A model generated the notes under the pieces. That model saw only the letters and a program-made list of their open reading frames with translations, was not told the origin of the DNA and did not search any database. A DNA stretch of 64,000 nt from a virus. Of this stretch, positions 59,503 to 64,000 are shown piece by piece; positions within the stretch are counted from its first letter, which is position 1, and every line of letters begins with the position of its first letter. Location: IMG/VR virus record IMGVR_UViG_3300034152_000478, positions 64,001-128,000 of that record. One strand, written 5' to 3'. The translations under genes were made by a program, and so were the position numbers.

Positions 59503-59729
59503 TTCAATTCGCCTTCGGGCGTCAGAATAAAATCACACTCCTTGTTCTCATTGTATTCTTCACGGTATTCCTCTGCACTATCGTGGAACTCCATGTATTC
59601 CATGGGTGGCTGGTCTTCGCCACCGCAGTTTTCCATATAAGGCAGGAGAGCCTTGCGGACAGCCTCTTGCAGACCCAGCTCGTTTACCTTTTCGTTGGAA
59701 AGCTTAACCAGAACAGTAAAGTGTGACAT
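59403..59729 (-). CDS. Phage protein, possibly truncated
   Basis: MSHFTVLV start with GAGGAG RBS; composition changes abruptly after ELKCP. Confidence 0.5.
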   Translation of the reverse strand: MSHFTVLVKLSNEKVNELGLQEAVRKALLPYMENCGGEDQPPMEYMEFHDSAEEYREEYNENKECDFILTPEGELKCPGMGIVRYSIRLLSSRVKGSWWVAVRPMAPL

Positions 59730-59738
59730 GATTGCTCC

Positions 59739-60020
59739 TCAAGTTTTTCTTCTTGGCCTCTTACATTTCAAAAACGTCGGGCATTTTTTTGGTATTACAA
59801 ACGCTGTGAATCTTTCGCCCAAGCCCGCTTCCGGTTGATTCTTAACTGCCTCCGCCAGATCGCTATTGGCAAACCCCAGCGGGATAGCGTAGTCTCCCCA
59901 GTAGCAGGCATACAACTCGTCATCCAGATATTTTCCTCCGACTTTGCCGCATGAACACCATCTAATCTCCTGCGCCATTTTTATTACGTCGGAGCACTTC
60001 GCGCATAGCAGTAACTTCAT
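59739..60020 (-). CDS. Zinc-ribbon hypothetical protein
   Basis: CAKCSD...CSCG. Confidence 0.6.
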   Translation of the reverse strand: MKLLLCAKCSDVIKMAQEIRWCSCGKVGGKYLDDELYACYWGDYAIPLGFANSDLAEAVKNQPEAGLGERFTAFVIPKKCPTFLKCKRPRRKT

Positions 60021-60276
60021 CTTCTTCTATCTCCATTTCGCAAATCTCATGTATAAACACGAGCTTTGCCCGTGACAAATCTCTCTCTTGCAACAGTCTA
60101 CTCGTGGTTTTAGTTTTGACATCCTGGCTTACTTCAAGTGAAGCAACTTTGGCTTTGAGTTTCTTTTCTTTCTTCTGTGCCAGCAATAAGCTAATACCGA
60201 GTAGTATGTCGCATACAATCGCAACAATACCAGCACCAATAATGATGCCGAATATTCCTTCAGGTAGTGTTATCAT
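59962..60276 (-). CDS. Membrane protein with coiled coil
   Basis: N-terminal TM helix. Confidence 0.5.
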   Translation of the reverse strand: MITLPEGIFGIIIGAGIVAIVCDILLGISLLLAQKKEKKLKAKVASLEVSQDVKTKTTSRLLQERDLSRAKLVFIHEICEMEIEEDEVTAMREVLRRNKNGAGD

Positions 60277-60491
60277 TATCTCACTCCATCGAATCCGTCT
60301 TTATAACCCATGAAGTATGTCAAAGCATCATGGGCATTGGCGAACTTTCTTTCCTGACCATATCTTACGAAGATCAGCACCACACTGAAGTCTCCGTCAC
60401 TTATTTCCGAGTGCACTTCCTCCAGTAACGGCACTCGTTCGTTGAATGCACTCAGCACTTCCTTTAGCGTTTGAATCGTGCTCTCACTCAT
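60276..60491 (-). CDS. Hypothetical protein
   Basis: GGAGG RBS; TAATG coupling. Confidence 0.5.
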   Translation of the reverse strand: MSESTIQTLKEVLSAFNERVPLLEEVHSEISDGDFSVVLIFVRYGQERKFANAHDALTYFMGYKDGFDGVR

Positions 60492-60501
60492 GGCTGCCTC
60501 C

Positions 60502-61185
60502 TCACGTAATATTGAGATCGCTTTTACTTAGGCTAATCAATTTGTGATAGCGCCGCCAGTAGACTTTATCTGTCATGCCAGCGCCCTTTAGTTTGCCGTC
60601 CACTTGATTTTCAAGAATATAGCCTCGACCCAAACACTGCATAACGAGCTTACGGATTGCAGGCAAGTCCAAGCCCAATCGCTCTGCTTGTTTGTGTGCC
60701 CATTCCCATGCTTTCAATTCATGGTACAGGGTATAGTTGTCGTAGTTGAGTTTCGTGCCGAGATCAGTGACAATGTGTCCCGCCTCGTGCAGTGTCAATC
60801 CATATACCTGGTCCCGTGGTAGTGTGCCGGTGAAAGCCATTACTATCTGGCTGTTGAAAATCTCGATCCCCTCGAACGGCTTCCGCACTATGTCAATGTC
60901 TTCCTGTGCCAACTCCATCAGCATCATTGCAATCGGTGGATGTCCTTCGACGGCAATGAAGCACCAGCCGAAATTCTTGAAAAACTCCAGTATGGAAATT
61001 CCTATGTCGTTAAGGAAGTAATCAAGGTAGCTGCCGTGCCGGTAGATTATGATTGCGAAGAGGTTGTCCAGCTTCGCTCTTTCCAGCATGGCATCAAACA
61101 GGGCGTCGTCGTGATGCCCGTATACCTTGTCGCTTTCTTTGGAATCCCACTCCTGGAAATAATAGGCTATCTTGTACCTTTTCAT
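60502..61185 (-). CDS. Zn metallopeptidase-like protein
   Basis: LHEAGH and downstream HELKAWEWA. Confidence 0.6.
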   Translation of the reverse strand: MKRYKIAYYFQEWDSKESDKVYGHHDDALFDAMLERAKLDNLFAIIIYRHGSYLDYFLNDIGISILEFFKNFGWCFIAVEGHPPIAMMLMELAQEDIDIVRKPFEGIEIFNSQIVMAFTGTLPRDQVYGLTLHEAGHIVTDLGTKLNYDNYTLYHELKAWEWAHKQAERLGLDLPAIRKLVMQCLGRGYILENQVDGKLKGAGMTDKVYWRRYHKLISLSKSDLNIT

Positions 61186-61376
61186 CTAATCTCGATTGGC
61201 TGTAGGTTCCGGTTAAAGTAGCCATGATTATCACAGCGCCAAACCATTCTCCCTCGCCCGCCTCGAATGCACAGACGCACGATCGGCATCTTGGCACTAC
61301 ACTTGGGACAGGGCTTTTCGACTCTCTGAATTGGTGTGCCAGCTTGTTTCTTAGCCATTCTTAAACCCGCAGACAA
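61182..61376 (-). CDS. Small zinc-ribbon protein
   Basis: CPKC...CDNH. Confidence 0.5.
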   Translation of the reverse strand: MSAGLRMAKKQAGTPIQRVEKPCPKCSAKMPIVRLCIRGGRGRMVWRCDNHGYFNRNLQPIEIR

Positions 61377-61563
61377 TAGCCGCGATGAAAATCACATTGA
61401 TGAACAGTAGTCCTATCACACCCATCATGATCGGGTCTATGTAGTCCGATAGAGTTTTGCCTTTAGAACGCTCTTCCTTAATGATGCCTACCAACATCTT
61501 AATCATGAAGAAGTTGGCTGCTACCACCAGTATAATTAATGCAATCACTACGATGATCTGCAC
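61351..61563 (-). CDS. Small two-TM membrane protein
   Basis: Two hydrophobic helices. Confidence 0.55.
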   Translation of the reverse strand: MQIIVVIALIILVVAANFFMIKMLVGIIKEERSKGKTLSDYIDPIMMGVIGLLFINVIFIAAIVCGFKNG

Positions 61564-61564
61564 C

Positions 61565-61804
61565 TTACTTCTCCTCGTGATGGACTATCTTGTGACAGTT
61601 AGCACAGAGAACTATACACTTCTTCATTTCTTTCATAGCCGCCGTAAAAGACTGACGAGCCAGGACAGCTACGTTTGCTTTCTTCGTGTTTCCATCCACG
61701 TGATGATATTCGTGTGTCCTCCAGTCTCTATTGCCGCAACGTGAGCACACCTGCTGTATGCGCCAGTTGTGGAATTTTATCAGAGCTTTTCTGCGATTCG
61801 ACAT
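61565..61804 (-). CDS. Minimal HNH endonuclease
   Basis: CSRCG..EYHHVD...KCIVLCANCHKIVH. Confidence 0.85.
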   Translation of the reverse strand: MSNRRKALIKFHNWRIQQVCSRCGNRDWRTHEYHHVDGNTKKANVAVLARQSFTAAMKEMKKCIVLCANCHKIVHHEEK

Positions 61805-61809
61805 CTTGT

Positions 61810-61834
61810 CTATCCTATTATCGGTCCAATTTTC
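61810..61834 (-). promoter_or_regulatory. Phage promoter-like motif, copy 5
   Basis: Minus strand GAAAATTGGACCGATA-ATAGGA-TAG, 5 nt before the HNH start codon. Confidence 0.65.
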
Positions 61835-61857
61835 CAGTAGACTACGTTAATTTCCTT

Positions 61858-62064
61858 TCACCTTTCACTTTCTACCAGTTTGGCTTCTGCCAGCGCCTCG
61901 AACAGCTCCCTGTAAACTGCCTGTATTATGTCCAGTGGGTTCTTGTCTGCCCCGCTGTCGATAGTGCTCATAGCGGATTCGACCGCTGCCTTCAGGATAA
62001 TAGCGGTACGTTCTCCTTTACGCCTCTTCATTCCTTGTGTGAATGAGTATGCTTCACTTGCCAT
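61858..62064 (-). CDS. Hypothetical protein
   Basis: TAATG coupling. Confidence 0.5.
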   Translation of the reverse strand: MASEAYSFTQGMKRRKGERTAIILKAAVESAMSTIDSGADKNPLDIIQAVYRELFEALAEAKLVESER

Positions 62065-62411
62065 TAGTCTATCTCTTCATCGTCCTCGGCCCACGGCTGC
62101 CTTTCCTGGAGAAAGACCACCTTCACCTCTGCTACCTCGCCGTTCTCAGTCCGGCGAATATAGACAGGATAGCTCCCATCACCCATGCCGGTTCGCACGG
62201 TAACGCCAAGTCCAGGGTGCCCCTTCTGGTAGCTGAACTGCTGATGCCCCCTCTTGAAGAAGCCACCAGCGTGCAGAATGCTGCAGAACTCTTTCCAGTC
62301 TTTCGCTGGATGTTCATCGGCATCCGGCGTGACACAGTAACAGGGATCACCGACCCAGCAAAGCCCAGCGTCTACTCCGATTCGTCCGACTTCTTCCCAG
62401 TCGTAACACAT
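62064..62411 (-). CDS. DUF4241-like hypothetical protein
   Basis: GVDAGLCWVGDPCY, TGMGDGSYPV. GGAGG RBS before MCYDW. Confidence 0.65.
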   Translation of the reverse strand: MCYDWEEVGRIGVDAGLCWVGDPCYCVTPDADEHPAKDWKEFCSILHAGGFFKRGHQQFSYQKGHPGLGVTVRTGMGDGSYPVYIRRTENGEVAEVKVVFLQERQPWAEDDEEID

Positions 62412-62623
62412 CCTGGTATTGCCTCCATGTGAAAGGTGTGATATCTGTAGTCTACCCGCCACTCGTGGCCGTATTGACAACGCATTTGCAGGCGGATCTC
62501 GTTACCTCCCTTGGGCGGCGGAACCTTCCAACCAATACTCATTAGCGTAGTCCCAGTCGTGCCACAGCGAGGGCAAACTGTACCATTACTCCACTCGCAC
62601 TGCTCCTCATACACCGTTGGCAT
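62372..62623 (-). CDS. Small zinc-ribbon protein
   Basis: CPRC...CQYGH. Confidence 0.5.
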   Translation of the reverse strand: MPTVYEEQCEWSNGTVCPRCGTTGTTLMSIGWKVPPPKGGNEIRLQMRCQYGHEWRVDYRYHTFHMEAIPGCVTTGKKSDESE

Positions 62624-62900
62624 ATCCTTGACCCTCCTCTTCTTCAGGACAGTCGGCTATCTCCAGCCATATTTCACCCTTGTCAACGCCGATCTGGATC
62701 GGCCCCTCAGCCTCCACAAACTCTCTCAGGGCTGCCAGGTTCTCTATTTCCAGCTCCCATCCATTGGCTGGTTGTCCTGCCTGGTTTTTGTTAGTGCGCT
62801 CAGCTCCGTAGCATGGGGCTTGCCATGCCCGCCTGGTTGTGTGCTGACTGCGCCGCGAGATTTCAAACTTCACTCTACTTCTCCTTGGTGCGCTTCTCAA
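62607..62900 (-). CDS. Hypothetical protein
   Basis: Operonic; start likely near 62873. Confidence 0.45.
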   Translation of the reverse strand: MRSAPRRSRVKFEISRRSQHTTRRAWQAPCYGAERTNKNQAGQPANGWELEIENLAALREFVEAEGPIQIGVDKGEIWLEIADCPEEEEGQGYANGV

Positions 62901-63291
62901 TGATCGCAGGATTAACCGGCAGATCGATCATTCCTGCTCCCCACAATTTCTCCAACCTCTCCAGCAGAAGAGTACACAATGCGTCTTCTATCGGTGTCTT
63001 CCAGCCGAAGCGTTTGATTATTAGCTCGTACAGCGTTATGACAGGAAGAATCTCATCAGAATACTCATCGCATTTCTGATGTTTGACATACACCATATAT
63101 GCATCTTGTGGTTTTATCCGGTAGGTCCCAGTGTTTGGTTCTCTTTCGCTATTTTTAATAGCCGCCTCCCAGGAAGCTTTCAAGTCCTCGTCGTGTTTTG
63201 CCAATTCATCAAGGTACCGATAAAACTCATAAATCCTCTGCCGCATTCTGGTCAGTCTCATATTACACCTCGTCCGGCGGATCGCTTTCAA
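62875..63291 (-). CDS. Hypothetical protein
   Basis: Operonic; start likely 63261. Confidence 0.5.
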   Translation of the reverse strand: MKAIRRTRCNMRLTRMRQRIYEFYRYLDELAKHDEDLKASWEAAIKNSEREPNTGTYRIKPQDAYMVYVKHQKCDEYSDEILPVITLYELIIKRFGWKTPIEDALCTLLLERLEKLWGAGMIDLPVNPAIIEKRTKEK

Positions 63292-63640
63292 CGTAGTCTA
63301 CTTCGTCCTGTAGGGCCTCAGCCAGCAGCTCGAACGCAGCCCGGTCTCTTAGCTCCTCTGAGTCAGCTCGCAGGATCTTATTGTCCACCTCTATCTCGGT
63401 AATGATTCGCTCACTGTCGCCTTCCTCCTCATGACAGCGCTCAGGCGGACCGTGTATCTTCGCAGGCAAATACCACCACTGCACATCAAACTGCACTACC
63501 ACCTCCACAGTGTCGCCCATGAAGTAGTGCTGCAGCAGCTCCCAGTCTTCCTCGGACAGCTCAGTATCGCCGATCATGGCCCGTCCTTTAGCCCATGTTA
63601 CTTCCAAGGGTACGCTGTCCTGATAGAAACCGCTTGACAT
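63263..63640 (-). CDS. Acidic hypothetical protein
   Basis: GGAGAG RBS before MSSGFY; PAKIHGPPERCHEEEG. Confidence 0.55.
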   Translation of the reverse strand: MSSGFYQDSVPLEVTWAKGRAMIGDTELSEEDWELLQHYFMGDTVEVVVQFDVQWWYLPAKIHGPPERCHEEEGDSERIITEIEVDNKILRADSEELRDRAAFELLAEALQDEVDYVESDPPDEV

Positions 63641-63668
63641 AACTCTCTCCACAGTAGGAAAATTAGTG

Positions 63669-63711
63669 GCGGGGTGGGCGGCGGCCAATTTTGGCGGCGG
63701 CCACACCCCGC
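63669..63711 (-). other. GC-rich intergenic stem-loop
   Basis: GCGGGGTG/CACCCCGC inverted repeat with only a weak U-tract. Confidence 0.45.
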
Positions 63712-63730
63712 ATTCCGAATGAAGGTGCAA

Positions 63731-64000
63731 TCAGTTTGTAGGAGTCTTCGCCAGCTCCCCGGTCGTGAGAAGCTTGAACGCCTTCTCTTTGAACTGCTCG
63801 CCCGAACCGAAGGTCAGGGCCATGGCGCGGCGCTGCGCTCGCTCCAAGCCTTCCGTCTTCCCTTCCCGGTAACGCTTCTCATGGTCAGCGTACTCGGTGG
63901 CGGCATTGTAGAGCCCGTAGAAGGTGCCCCGAACGCCGGGAATGTCAGTGCCACGTCCACCCTCGATTAACTGGTGGAGACGAGACTTGTTAGCCTCCCA
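63731..64000 (-). CDS. DUF932/DUF945-family protein, C-terminal part (5' partial, absent from the ORF track)
   Basis: Manual translation: ...GVRGTFYGLYNAATEYADH...LTFGSGEQFKEKAF...stop. Confidence 0.75.
   Translation of the reverse strand, partial: WEANKSRLHQLIEGGRGTDIPGVRGTFYGLYNAATEYADHEKRYREGKTEGLERAQRRAMALTFGSGEQFKEKAFKLLTTGELAKTPTN

Noticed and set aside
1-64000. Stop-codon reassignment
   Set aside because: Conserved genes are intact under code 11, and TAA, TAG and TGA all end genes at sensible positions.

Overview
This window is a gene-dense segment of a large (jumbo-type) dsDNA bacteriophage genome using the standard genetic code. Bases 1-6674 (+ strand) hold the end of a putative virion structural module. 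Everything from about 6717 to 64000 is on the - strand. That part carries a complete replication and recombination set (DnaE, primase, DnaB, SSB, RecA, a Rad52-like annealing protein, nucleases), nucleotide metabolism genes (ThyX, dCMP deaminase, IMPDH/GMPR, PRTase, two nucleoside deoxyribosyltransferases, DUF5664, UDG), PhoH, Dam, two HNH endonucleases, a tRNA-Gly and many small early-type ORFs. The most striking content is a large glycan toolkit: 9 glycosyltransferase domains in 6 genes, UDP-glucose dehydrogenase plus UDP-glucuronate decarboxylase (a route to UDP-xylose), a split HldE-like kinase and nucleotidyltransferase, 5 SAM methyltransferases, APS kinase with a small HxGH nucleotidyltransferase, and three paralogous beta-propellers carrying arylsulfotransferase-like His motifs. 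Two putative virion proteins are rich in Ser-Gly dipeptides, which suggests (inference only) a proteoglycan-like, sulfated and methylated virion glycosylation system. Non-coding signals include a five-copy promoter-like motif (GCAAATYGGACCGATA-N6-TAG), a perfect sigma70 promoter and a two-state RNA leader before the largest glycosyltransferase. All functional calls come from motifs read by eye; no database searches were run.
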